Shown here in pieces: positions 27,753 through 36,916 of a stretch of 64,000 nucleotides of DNA (positions are counted from its first letter, which is position 1; every line of letters starts with the position of its first letter). Source of the stretch: Acidimicrobiales bacterium (lineage in GTDB: Bacteria; Actinomycetota; Acidimicrobiia; Acidimicrobiales; SZUA-35); assembly GCA_047974625.1 (NCBI GenBank), contig JBKECK010000042.1:3320-67319 (forward strand), in the 5' to 3' direction. The position numbers and the translations under genes were made by a program. Under the pieces are notes generated by a model that did no database searches, had not been told where the DNA came from, and was given only the letters and a program-made list of their open reading frames with translations.

Positions 27753-29072
27753 GTGACGCAGGACGACGGAGACACCGCCCTCGGAGGCGACAGCCGGGTC
27801 GTGGGCGTCTCCCTGCTGATCGCCGGCGTCCTCACCTACGCCTTCCTGGCCATGCCGGCCCGGGTCGCCCATCTGAGCCCCGAGGCCTACGCCCCGTTCG
27901 CGGTGACCTGGTTCGGTGTCCTGACCGTCGGCTCCGGCCTGTTCGTCCCCCTGGAGCAGGAGATCACCCGGCAGGTGGCGGCCCGCCGCTCCGGATCCCC
28001 GGTGCCCACACCAGATCGAGGGCGCCACGAGCGTTCGCCGGCGACGACCCCGGAAGCCTCGATCACCCTGGCCTGGGTGATCGCCGCCGTACTGGTGGTG
28101 GTGGGCACCGCCGCCTGGGGGCCCGTGCGCGACAACTTCCTCGAAGGGTCGAACCCGCTGATGGCCAACGTCCTGGCCGTGGTGCCGGCGTTCGCCCTGT
28201 TCGAGGTGGCCCGGGGCCTCCTGGCCGGCTCGTTCCGGTTCACCGCCTACGGGGCCGTGGTAGTGGCCGACGCCGGCATCCGCCTGGCCGTGGCCGTGGC
28301 CGCGGTGGTGTTCGGGGTCACCACCGCCGGCCCGTTCGCCTTCGGCCTGACGGCCGGGATGGGCCTGGCTGGGACGGCCGGGGCAGTGGTGGCCGGGCTG
28401 CGGTGGCGTCCGGCCCCATGGCCGGCGGTGGGTCGGGCGGCACGGGCGTTCGCCCCGTTCTCCCTGTCCCAGCTGCTGGCCCAGACCGCCCTCAACTCCC
28501 CGGTCCTGCTGGCCGCGGTGGTGGGCACGGCCTCCTCGGCCGCCGCCACCGGCCGCCTCGGGTCGGCCCTGGTGCTGGTGCGCACCCCCCTCTACTTCCT
28601 CCCCGCCGTCACCGCCCCCCTGCTCCCCCGGGTGGCCTCCGGGGCCGATCTGCGACGACCCCTGGTGCGGGGGGTGGCCGTGCTGGTGAGCGGAGGCCTG
28701 GCCACCGCGGTAGGGGCCGCCGTGGTGGGGCCCGCGGTGATCCGGCTGCTGTTCGGGGCCGCGTTCGCCCTGCCCGGGCCGGTCCTCGGTCTCCTGGTGG
28801 TGGGGTCGGTGGGGTTCGCGGTGGCCTCGGTGGCCACCGTCGTCCTGCTAGGGCGGGACCGCACCGGGGTGCTCGTGGCCAGTTGGGCCGCCGCCGTGGC
28901 CGTGGCCTCCGCCGCGGTGGCCCTCGGCACGCGGGGTGGCCCGTCCACCGGTGAACGCCTGGTGGAGGTGCTGGCCGTCGGCTACGCCCTGTCCACCACC
29001 GTGGCCGCCGTCATCCAGCTCGCCGTGGTCCGCACCCTGACCACCTCCGATCCGGTGGGAGCCGACTCATGA
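27753..29072 (+). CDS. polysaccharide/oligosaccharide flippase (Wzx-like, MOP superfamily)
   Basis: It is a 439-aa polytopic protein with about 12-14 hydrophobic segments and the conserved-looking N-terminal LEQEITRQ loop of lipopolysaccharide/polysaccharide biosynthesis proteins. GTG start. Confidence 0.7.
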   Translation: MTQDDGDTALGGDSRVVGVSLLIAGVLTYAFLAMPARVAHLSPEAYAPFAVTWFGVLTVGSGLFVPLEQEITRQVAARRSGSPVPTPDRGRHERSPATTPEASITLAWVIAAVLVVVGTAAWGPVRDNFLEGSNPLMANVLAVVPAFALFEVARGLLAGSFRFTAYGAVVVADAGIRLAVAVAAVVFGVTTAGPFAFGLTAGMGLAGTAGAVVAGLRWRPAPWPAVGRAARAFAPFSLSQLLAQTALNSPVLLAAVVGTASSAAATGRLGSALVLVRTPLYFLPAVTAPLLPRVASGADLRRPLVRGVAVLVSGGLATAVGAAVVGPAVIRLLFGAAFALPGPVLGLLVVGSVGFAVASVATVVLLGRDRTGVLVASWAAAVAVASAAVALGTRGGPSTGERLVEVLAVGYALSTTVAAVIQLAVVRTLTTSDPVGADS

Positions 29073-29767
29073 CCGACCGAACCGTCCCCTCCGGGCGCAC
29101 GCCCGACCCCGCACCCACCGCGGATCCTCCGGATCAGGGCCCGACGGTGGCGTTCTTCGACCTCGACCTCACCCTCACCACCCACGACACCTTCGTCCCG
29201 TTCCTGATCCGGGTGGCCGGGATCACGGCGGTGGTGCGGGCCCTGGGCGCCGCGGCCCGCACCGGTCGGCGCCAGGGGCGCGACGCGGCCAAGGCGGTGG
29301 TGGTGGCCGCCCTGTGGGGTGGCCGCTCGCAGGCCGAGCTCGACGAGGCCGCCGACGCCCACGCAGCCATGGTGCTTGGCCCGGGGCGGGGCCGCCCGTG
29401 GTCGCCCCGGCTGCGGCCGAACGTGCTGGCCCGGCTCGACCGCCACCGCGCCCTGGGCCACGACGTGGCCATCGTGTCGGCCTCCCTGGCCCCCTACGTG
29501 GGTCGGATCGGGGCCGGGCTCGGCGTCACCGGCACCTCAGCCACCGAGATCGAGCTCGTCGACGGTGCGGCCACCGGCCGCCTGGCCGGGGCCAACTGCC
29601 GGGGCCCGGAGAAGGTGGCCCGGGCCGAGGCCCTCATCGCCGACCTGGACTGGTCGCGCGCCTGGGCCTACGGCGACAGTTCGGGCGACGCCGACCTCCT
29701 CGCCGCCGCCGCCCACCCCGTCTGGGTCCGCCGGGGCGGCAACCTCGACGGCTCGGGTCCCGGCTGA
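29069..29767 (+). CDS. HAD-IB family phosphatase
   Basis: It has DxDxT (VAFFDLDLTLTT), motif II (VAIVSASL) and motif IV (AYGDSSGDADLL). Its ATG overlaps the flippase stop (ATGA at 29069-29072). Confidence 0.8.
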   Translation: MTDRTVPSGRTPDPAPTADPPDQGPTVAFFDLDLTLTTHDTFVPFLIRVAGITAVVRALGAAARTGRRQGRDAAKAVVVAALWGGRSQAELDEAADAHAAMVLGPGRGRPWSPRLRPNVLARLDRHRALGHDVAIVSASLAPYVGRIGAGLGVTGTSATEIELVDGAATGRLAGANCRGPEKVARAEALIADLDWSRAWAYGDSSGDADLLAAAAHPVWVRRGGNLDGSGPG

Positions 29768-29784
29768 CCGGCCGGCCCGGGCCC

Positions 29785-32031
29785 CTACGGGGCCGCCTCC
29801 ACCCTGACGGCCAGGGGCCGGTCGTCGGACCCGTCGGGGGCGGCCCGGCCCCAACCCCCCGGGTCGAGGTCGATCAGGGTGACGGGGTCGTCGTCGAGGT
29901 CGACCACGAGATCGGTGGGGGTGGTCTCCAGCACCACCGTCTCGGGCCGGGCCCCCTCCACGTCCACCCGCAGATCGAGCGGCGCCATCCACTCCGGGGC
30001 GGAGACCCGAAGGTCCACCCGGCGGGGGGCTCCGGTGGTGCGGACCACCGCCAACTCGCCCTCCCGGAGCAGCCACGCCCACCGGTCGGTGCCGACGTGC
30101 TCGGTGGGGGTGAAGGCGAAGCGGCGGGGGCTGACGAGCACCAGCGGGCCGGTGGCCTCGGTGTCGTACAGGCGGAACCGGTCGTTGGCCTCGATCGGCA
30201 CTGCGTCCGGGTCGGTGACGATCGTGTCCCGGTCGACCAGGACGTACCGGTCCACCCGGTCATCGGTGAAGGAGTCCTCCCACAGGTAGCCGAGGTAGGT
30301 GAGCGGATAGTCCACGTCGGGATGGTCGCGCAGGGCGTCGGCGGCCCAGATGGTGGCCTCGTACCCGCTCGTCACCACGGTCAGGTCGGCTCCGCCCGCT
30401 CCCCCGTAGCGGGCCGCCCAGCCGTCGAGCGCGTCGTAGCTGGCGTTGACGGCCCGGAGCTCCAGGACATCGTCGGGCGGGATGGCCCGGATCGTGGTGG
30501 TCACCGCGGCCAGGGTCACCCCGGTCCAGGCCAGGGTGACCGCCACGGTGGCAGCCGACCGGGGACGCCCCGGGGCCGCCTCGGTCCGTTCGTCGAACCG
30601 GTCGGCCACCACCATCCAGCCGAGCACGGCGGCGAGGAGCAGCAGGGGTTGGAGGATCTCCAGGGTCCGCTGATGGCTGTAGTCGTTGCCCACCACGGCG
30701 GTCACGTACCAGGCCAGCGCGGCGCCACCGACGGCCAGGCCCAGCCACAAGAACCGGGAGCGGTGCGCCACCACCACGGCCAGGAAACCGCCGAGCACCA
30801 CCACGCTGAGACCCAGGGTGACCCAGCCCCGGGCCACCGTCTCGAAGGGCCAGGCCGAACCGAGGTAACGGGCTACCAGCACCGGCACCGGCTCGTAGCG
30901 GTACTGGGTGCTGAACCCGTCGGAGGTGACCCCGGACAGGAACAGCAGGGACCGGACCGTGCGCAGCACCGCCACCGGCCCGATGACGACGGTCAGGGCG
31001 GCGAGCTGCACCCCGCGCCCCACGGTGGCGGGGATCCGGCCCGGCCGGCGGGCCAGGGCGACGATCAGGAAGGCGAGGCCCAGGATCGGGGTGAACTCGA
31101 GATAGCTGCCGAGGAGGCCGACGAGGAGCAGGGCCGCCAACGGGGCCGGACCACGATCGTCGGTGCCGTCCATCCAGGCCCACACCCCGGCGATCGCCAT
31201 CGGCGCCAGCACGATCCCCAGCACCGACGCCGAGTTCTGGTTCCACACCTGGTGGGCCAGCACCGTGGAGGTGGTGAGCACCACCGAGCCGACGGCCACG
31301 GTGGCGGCCTGGACCCTGCGCTCGCCGCCCAACCAGGCCAGGGCGCCGGCCAGGGAGGCCGGCACGATCAGGAGCCACCCCATCATCTGGGGCATCCAGA
31401 CGTGGCGGAGGGGACCCGCCCCCAGGGCACCGGGGGCGGCGGCCAGGACAACGTCGCCGATGCGGAGATTGTTGACCGCCAGGAAGAGGGCGCTGGCGTC
31501 GGCGGGGGCGTCCTCGCTGGTGGTCGGGGTGGGGCCCATCTCGGGTGGATCGGTGAGGCGGTGGTCCACCGCCCACTCGGCGGCCGAGACGTAGAACATG
31601 GCGTCGTTGTTGGCCGTCACCATCACCGTCCCGGCCCCGGTGGCGGTCAGGGGCAGGCCCAGTACGACCAGCCCGAGGGCCGGCAGGACCAGGGGGGCGA
31701 CCACGGCGGTGACCTCCGACCAGGTGGGGGCGCCGCGACGGACCACCCGGGCCACCACCCCAGCGGCCACGGCCACCAGGACGACCGGGGTGACGATCCG
31801 CATCGACGCCAGCGACGCCCCCAGGGTACCCACCGCGACCAGGGCGGCGAGCCCAACGGCGGGACCGGCCGGGCCCATCCGACGGCGGGTCCCGTCACCG
31901 GCGAGGCCGAGCACCGCCCAACCGGCCGCGGCCGCCGCCAGCCATTGGACGACCACCACGACCGCGGCCGTGACCAGTGGCCCCGACAGCAAACCTGACG
32001 ACGCGGCGGACAACGGCTCGGCGGCGATCAT
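29785..32031 (-). CDS. 748-aa polytopic membrane protein with a C-terminal extracytoplasmic domain (paralog A; GT-C-like hypothesis)
   Basis: It has about 12-13 hydrophobic helices over ~480 aa, then a ~260-aa soluble domain. It aligns over its full length to 38351..40594. An acidic first-loop motif (NNDAMFYV) is present. It starts 12 nt after the glnS stop. Confidence 0.7.
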   Translation of the reverse strand: MIAAEPLSAASSGLLSGPLVTAAVVVVVQWLAAAAAGWAVLGLAGDGTRRRMGPAGPAVGLAALVAVGTLGASLASMRIVTPVVLVAVAAGVVARVVRRGAPTWSEVTAVVAPLVLPALGLVVLGLPLTATGAGTVMVTANNDAMFYVSAAEWAVDHRLTDPPEMGPTPTTSEDAPADASALFLAVNNLRIGDVVLAAAPGALGAGPLRHVWMPQMMGWLLIVPASLAGALAWLGGERRVQAATVAVGSVVLTTSTVLAHQVWNQNSASVLGIVLAPMAIAGVWAWMDGTDDRGPAPLAALLLVGLLGSYLEFTPILGLAFLIVALARRPGRIPATVGRGVQLAALTVVIGPVAVLRTVRSLLFLSGVTSDGFSTQYRYEPVPVLVARYLGSAWPFETVARGWVTLGLSVVVLGGFLAVVVAHRSRFLWLGLAVGGAALAWYVTAVVGNDYSHQRTLEILQPLLLLAAVLGWMVVADRFDERTEAAPGRPRSAATVAVTLAWTGVTLAAVTTTIRAIPPDDVLELRAVNASYDALDGWAARYGGAGGADLTVVTSGYEATIWAADALRDHPDVDYPLTYLGYLWEDSFTDDRVDRYVLVDRDTIVTDPDAVPIEANDRFRLYDTEATGPLVLVSPRRFAFTPTEHVGTDRWAWLLREGELAVVRTTGAPRRVDLRVSAPEWMAPLDLRVDVEGARPETVVLETTPTDLVVDLDDDPVTLIDLDPGGWGRAAPDGSDDRPLAVRVEAAP

Positions 32032-32043
32032 CGGTGACGGAGG

Positions 32044-33756
32044 TCAGCCCCCGTTGTTGCGCCGCTTCTGGATGTTGGCCCACTCGTCGCGGAGCCCGAC
32101 CGTGCGGTGGAACAGGCCGGGCCGGTCCGGATCGGCGGCGAAGTATCCGAGGCGTTCGAACTGGACGACCCGGCCGGGCTCCGTGCCGGCCAGGGCCGGT
32201 TCGAGTTTGACCCCGCTCCGCAGTTCCCGGGAGGCCGGGTTGACGCTGGCCAGGGGATCCTCCCCGTCAGCCCCCGGTTGTGGGGTCGTGAACAGCCGGT
32301 CGTAGAGGGCGACTGTGCCGTCGACAGCGTGGTCGACCGACACCCAGTGGATGGTGGAGCGCACCTTGCGGCCGTCGGGGGTGGACCCCCCGGCGCTCTC
32401 GGGATCGTAGGTGGCGTGGACCCGCACGATCCGGCCGTCGCCGTCGACGTCGAAGTCCCGGGCGGTCACGTAGTAGCCGGCCCGGAGGCGCACCTCGCGC
32501 CCGGGGCCGAGCCGGTAGTACTTGGGGGGCGGGTCGAGCATGACATCGTCACGCTCGATCCAAAGGCGACCCGAGAACGGCACATGGCGGGTGCCGGCGG
32601 CGGGGTCCTCCGGGTTGTTGACCGCCTCCACCATCACCACCTCACCATCGGGCCAGTTGGTGATGACCAGCTCGACGGGGTCGAGGACGGCCATCCGACG
32701 CAGGGACGTGCGGTTCAGCTCGGTGCGGACGAAGGACTCCAACAGTTCGATGTCGTGGACGCTGTTGGTTCGGGCCACCCCGATGTGGTCCATGAAGGCC
32801 CGGATGGCAGCCGGCGGGTAGCCGCGGCGGCGGAGCCCCCGCAGGGTCGGCATCCGCGGGTCGTCCCAGCCGTCAACGAACCCGTCCTCCACCAGCTCCC
32901 GGAGCTTCCGTTTCGAGGTGATCGTGTAGGTGAGGGTGAGCCGGGCGAACTCGGTCTGTTCCGGTGGCTCGAACGGCAGGGTCAAATGCGAGAGGAACCA
33001 GTCGTACAACGGCCGGTGATCGGAGAACTCGAGGGAGCACAACGAGTGGGTGATGCCCTCGATGGCGTCGGACTGGCCGTGCGCCCAGTCGTAGGTGGGG
33101 TAGATGCACCAGTCGGTGCCGGTGCGGGGATGCGCCGCCCGCCGGATCCGGTACATGACCGGGTCCCGCAGCTGCATGTTCTCGCTCTGCATGTCGATCC
33201 GGGCCCGCAGCACCCGCGACCCGTCCGGGAACTCGCCGGCCCGCATCCGGGTGAACAGGTCCCGGTTCTCGGCCACCGACCGGTTGCGGTAGGCGCTCTC
33301 GATCCCCGGTTGGCCGAATCCGCCCCGCTCGGCGGAGATCGTGTCCCCGTCGGAATCGTCGACGTAGGCCAGGCCGGCGTCGATCAGGTCCAGGGCCCAG
33401 GTGTAGAGCTGCTCGAAGTAGTCCGAAGCGTGGAGGGCCGGCCCGTCGGGCCGGTACCCGAGCCAGGCGAGGTCCTCGATCATGCCCACCATGTAGGCCG
33501 CGTCCTCGGTCTCCGGGTTGGTGTCGTCGAACCGGAGGTTGCACCGGCCACCGAAGGCGGCGGCCAGACCGAAGTTGATGTTGAGGGCCTTGGCGTGGCC
33601 GATGTGCAGGTAACCGTTGGGTTCCGGGGGGAAGCGGGTGTGCACCCGGCCACCGAAGGTGCCATCGGCCTGGTCCTGGATGATCTTGGCCCGGATGAGA
33701 TCGGGCGCGGAGTCAGCGGCGGCGGATGCTCCTGGGCGGGGGTCGGCTCGCGTCAC
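32044..33756 (-). CDS. glnS: glutaminyl-tRNA synthetase
   Basis: RFPPEPNGYLHIGHAKA (HIGH), CNLRFDDTNP, IYPTYDWAHGQSDAIEGITHSLCSLEF and YTITSKRKL (KMSKS-equivalent) are class I GlnRS motifs. The GlnRS-type C-terminal beta-barrel region is present. Confidence 0.9.
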   Translation of the reverse strand: MTRADPRPGASAAADSAPDLIRAKIIQDQADGTFGGRVHTRFPPEPNGYLHIGHAKALNINFGLAAAFGGRCNLRFDDTNPETEDAAYMVGMIEDLAWLGYRPDGPALHASDYFEQLYTWALDLIDAGLAYVDDSDGDTISAERGGFGQPGIESAYRNRSVAENRDLFTRMRAGEFPDGSRVLRARIDMQSENMQLRDPVMYRIRRAAHPRTGTDWCIYPTYDWAHGQSDAIEGITHSLCSLEFSDHRPLYDWFLSHLTLPFEPPEQTEFARLTLTYTITSKRKLRELVEDGFVDGWDDPRMPTLRGLRRRGYPPAAIRAFMDHIGVARTNSVHDIELLESFVRTELNRTSLRRMAVLDPVELVITNWPDGEVVMVEAVNNPEDPAAGTRHVPFSGRLWIERDDVMLDPPPKYYRLGPGREVRLRAGYYVTARDFDVDGDGRIVRVHATYDPESAGGSTPDGRKVRSTIHWVSVDHAVDGTVALYDRLFTTPQPGADGEDPLASVNPASRELRSGVKLEPALAGTEPGRVVQFERLGYFAADPDRPGLFHRTVGLRDEWANIQKRRNNGG

Positions 33757-33891
33757 CTACACGAAGCTACCCACACCGGTCAAACAACCGGCGTGCCACC
33801 TCGCCGGTATCCCGACCGGCGGGGCGCGACGGTGTCGGCATCCCATCGGCGGGGCGGGGCGGCGACCCTGGTCACACCACCAGCGAGGTGC

Positions 33892-33922
33892 TTGCCCTGG
33901 AGTGCGCTCCACGGTTTAGCGT
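33892..33922 (+). promoter_or_regulatory. putative MerR-type promoter: -35 TTGCCC, 19-nt spacer containing the dyad TGGAG-N4-CTCCA, -10 TAGCGT
   Basis: Read directly: TTGCCC at 33892-33897, dyad at 33898-33911, TAGCGT at 33917-33922. It lies 53 nt upstream of the MerR-domain ATG. An over-long 19-nt spacer with a central dyad is the classic MerR operator layout. Confidence 0.4.
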
Positions 33923-33974
33923 CGCTTCCGTGACCGACCGGAAGACGAGCCGAACCAGCCCGGGTCCGATCCCG

Positions 33975-35486
33975 ATGACGGTGGGGATCGCCGAGGTCGC
34001 GGCGCGCACCGGACTGACCCGGGACACCCTCCGCTGGTACGAACGGCAGGGCCTCATCCCGCCCGTCGGCCGTGACGACCGTGGGTACCGGGCCTACAGC
34101 GACGCCACCGTCGGCCTCATCGAGCTCATCGTCCGCCTGCGACGCACCGGGATGCCGGTTGGGCGGATGAAGCGGTTCGTGGCCCTGGTGTCGGAGGGGC
34201 CGGCCACCCACGGCGAGCGGATGCAGCTCCTGCAGGAGCACCGCACCCGGATCACGGCCCAGCTCGGCGAGCTGACCGACGACCTGGGCGCCGTCGACCA
34301 CAAGATCAACCACTACGCCCGGCTGATCGCGGCCGGCCGCGATCAGCCGGGCGACCCGACCCCGTCAACCCACCCCACCCCGAGAGGAAACCCCATCGTG
34401 ACCAACCACGCCTCCAACTCCAACCCCAACCCCAACCCCGACCCCGTCCCCGACGCCGGGAACCCGGTGGCCCGGGAGCAACTGGGCGACGGCCTCACCG
34501 TGAGCGCCATCGGTTTCGGCGCCATGGCCCTCAGCCACGTCTACGGCACCACCGATCCGGCCGAGGCGCTCCGCACCCTCCACCACGCCGTCGACATCGG
34601 CGTCACCTTCATCGACACCGCCGACGTGTACGGCGAGCCCCGGGCCGGCCAGGACGGCCCGGCGGGGACCAACGAGGAACTGATCGCCAAACTCCTGGAC
34701 GGGCGGCGCCCCGAGGTCCAACTCGCCACCAAGTTCGGCATCACCGGCCGGATCGGGACCGGCAGCGCGGCCACCCGAGGCGACCGTGACTACGTCCGCT
34801 CCGCCTGCGAGGCCTCGCTGCGCCGCCTCGGCGTGGAGGTGATCGACCTCTACTACCTGCATCGACGGCAGCTCGACCTGCCGATCACCGAGACGGTGGC
34901 GGCCATGGCCGAACTGGTGTCGGAGGGCAAGGTCCGGCACCTGGGCCTGTCCGAGGTGACCGCGGACGAGCTGGAGGCGGCCCACCGGGTGCACCCCATC
35001 ACCGCCGTCCAGAGCGAATGGAGTATCTGGTCGCGCGACGTCGAGGCCAGCGTGGTGCCCACCGCGGCCCGGCTCGGGATCGGGTTCGTCCCCTACAGCC
35101 CCCTCGGCCGCGGCTTCCTGACCGGGACCATGACCGGCGACCGGATCGCCGAGGGGATGCTGGCCCGGGAGGCACGGTTCACCGAGCACTTCGACGCCAA
35201 CCAGCGGGTGGTCGAGGTGATCCGCCGGGTGGCCGACCAGCACGGGGCCACCCCAGCCCAGGTGGCCCTGGCCTGGCTGTACGCTCAGGGCCGCCGGTTC
35301 GGCCTGCCGGTGGTGCCCATCCCGGGCACCCGGTCGGCGGCCCGGGTGGGCGAGACCGCGGCCTCGGTCGGTCTCCACCTCGACGACGCCCAGATCGACG
35401 CGCTCGACGCCGCCGCCGACCTGGTCCACGGCGACCGGGCGCTCAGCTTCACCTCACCGGGCTGGATCTCCTCGGACCGGGAATGA
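33975..35486 (+). CDS. MerR-family HTH domain fused in frame to an aldo/keto reductase
   Basis: The N-terminus MTVGIAEVAARTGLTRDTLRWYERQGLI...coiled coil...YARLIAAG is MerR. After a Pro/Asn-rich linker, LTVSAIGFGAMAL, DTADVYG, IDLYYLHR and VPIPGTRS are AKR. No stop separates them. An internal GTG at 34398 preceded by gagagga could also start a stand-alone AKR. Confidence 0.75.
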   Translation: MTVGIAEVAARTGLTRDTLRWYERQGLIPPVGRDDRGYRAYSDATVGLIELIVRLRRTGMPVGRMKRFVALVSEGPATHGERMQLLQEHRTRITAQLGELTDDLGAVDHKINHYARLIAAGRDQPGDPTPSTHPTPRGNPIVTNHASNSNPNPNPDPVPDAGNPVAREQLGDGLTVSAIGFGAMALSHVYGTTDPAEALRTLHHAVDIGVTFIDTADVYGEPRAGQDGPAGTNEELIAKLLDGRRPEVQLATKFGITGRIGTGSAATRGDRDYVRSACEASLRRLGVEVIDLYYLHRRQLDLPITETVAAMAELVSEGKVRHLGLSEVTADELEAAHRVHPITAVQSEWSIWSRDVEASVVPTAARLGIGFVPYSPLGRGFLTGTMTGDRIAEGMLAREARFTEHFDANQRVVEVIRRVADQHGATPAQVALAWLYAQGRRFGLPVVPIPGTRSAARVGETAASVGLHLDDAQIDALDAAADLVHGDRALSFTSPGWISSDRE

Positions 35487-35542
35487 CCCGCCCGCCCCAG
35501 CCAGCCGCGCCCCGGTCCACCGGGGCGCCACCCCGAGCCTGG

Positions 35543-36022
35543 TCAGCGCGGTTCGAGCCGGAACACCCGCAGCTCGCGGCCTCCGGACGAGGCCGTGTAC
35601 CGGTCGAACACCGGCCACAGGGCCGACATCCGGGCCCAGGCGTCGTCCCGTTCCCCACCCTCCAGGCGCCGGGCCCGCATCGACCGCCGGTGGCCCCGAA
35701 CCTCGACCTCCACGTCGGGGAGTTCGGCCACGTTGATGACCCAACCGGGGTGGGTCCTCTGACCCCAATTCGATCCGATGACGACGAAACCGTCGCCGTC
35801 GGGCAGGGCGGCGAGGACGGTGGACCGCTCCCGCCCGCTCCGCCGGCCGGTGTGGTGCAGCACCAGGGTGGGCAGGACCGCGTCGGTGAGCCGGTACCGG
35901 CCCCGGGTCAGCCGGGCCGCTCCGGCGTCGAGCGGGGGCACGATCCGCTTCATCACCGCCCGGGAGAACGGGTTGGTGGTGAGGGGGGCGATCCGACGGG
36001 CCAGGACGTGTCGTGCCGTCAC
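35543..36022 (-). CDS. deazaflavin(F420)-dependent nitroreductase-family protein (DDN-like)
   Basis: LVLHHTGRRSGRERSTVLAALPDGDGFVVIGSNWGQRTHPGWVINV matches the split beta-barrel DDN/Rv3547 family pattern. Confidence 0.8.
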   Translation of the reverse strand: MTARHVLARRIAPLTTNPFSRAVMKRIVPPLDAGAARLTRGRYRLTDAVLPTLVLHHTGRRSGRERSTVLAALPDGDGFVVIGSNWGQRTHPGWVINVAELPDVEVEVRGHRRSMRARRLEGGERDDAWARMSALWPVFDRYTASSGGRELRVFRLEPR

Positions 36023-36071
36023 CGGCGGGGGGTACCGGCCGGTGACCGCCCGGGTGCGCCCGGAACCGGGC

Positions 36072-36833
36072 TCACCGGTCGGCGGCGGCCACGGCCAGCA
36101 GGATCTCGGCCAGAGGCTCGGCGTGGCTGAACGGGACCATGTGGGTGGAGGGGATCTCGTGGTACCCCCACCGGTCGCTGGACCGGGCGTGCCCAGCCAA
36201 CCGCCAGAAGGCGGAGTCGGGCGGCTCGGCCGGGTCCGCGGTGGCCTTGATGTAGGTCAGGGTGAACGGCCACTCCTCGAGCGGTCGCCTCAGGCAGACG
36301 GGTTCGGCCAGGGTGCGCACCGGTTGCCCCACCCGGCGAGCGTCCGACCAGGCGGTGTCCTCCGGGGTGTCGAGGGGTCGGGGCACCGGGTTCATGGTCC
36401 ACGACGCCGGGGGCAGGGCGGCCGACCCGGGCGGGCGGTCCCCTCCCCCGCCGCCGATCACGTCCACCGCGCTCTGGCCGTCCGCCGGGACCAGGGCGTC
36501 GAGGTACACCAGATGCGCCACCCGGTCGCCGATCTGGTCGAGAGCGCCGGTGACCACCATCCCCCCGTAGGAGAAGCCAACCAGGACGATGTCGTCGAGG
36601 TCTTCGTACAGGACGGCGTTGGCCAGGTCCTGGACGTGGGTGGCCAGACCGATCATGGGTGAGGCCAGGTGGGACCGCTCCCCTATACCGGTCAGGCTCG
36701 GGGTGTACACCTCATGGCCGGCCCCCCACAGGAAGGGCCGGACCCGCCGGAACCCGTAGGAGCCGCCCCAGGCCCCGTGGCAGAGGACGAGGGGACGGTG
36801 GGGGGACAGTTCGGTTCCTGGAGATGGCGCCAT
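36072..36833 (-). CDS. alpha/beta-fold hydrolase (esterase-like)
   Basis: It has LVLCHGAWGG and the nucleophile elbow LVGFSYGGMV. Confidence 0.8.
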   Translation of the reverse strand: MAPSPGTELSPHRPLVLCHGAWGGSYGFRRVRPFLWGAGHEVYTPSLTGIGERSHLASPMIGLATHVQDLANAVLYEDLDDIVLVGFSYGGMVVTGALDQIGDRVAHLVYLDALVPADGQSAVDVIGGGGGDRPPGSAALPPASWTMNPVPRPLDTPEDTAWSDARRVGQPVRTLAEPVCLRRPLEEWPFTLTYIKATADPAEPPDSAFWRLAGHARSSDRWGYHEIPSTHMVPFSHAEPLAEILLAVAAADR

Positions 36834-36916
36834 GGGCCGACCCTAGATCGCGGTGCCGCCACCGTGGTAGGCCGGAGCGGCGCGGGACGAGGCGGGACCA
36901 GTACGATGGCACGCCC

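Noticed and set aside
29314-31998. 894-aa plus-strand ORF
   Set aside because: It runs antisense to the polytopic membrane protein gene (29785..32031) and overlaps the 3' part of the HAD gene out of frame. Its composition (GRPGH-rich, no hydrophobic or catalytic patterns) is non-protein-like.
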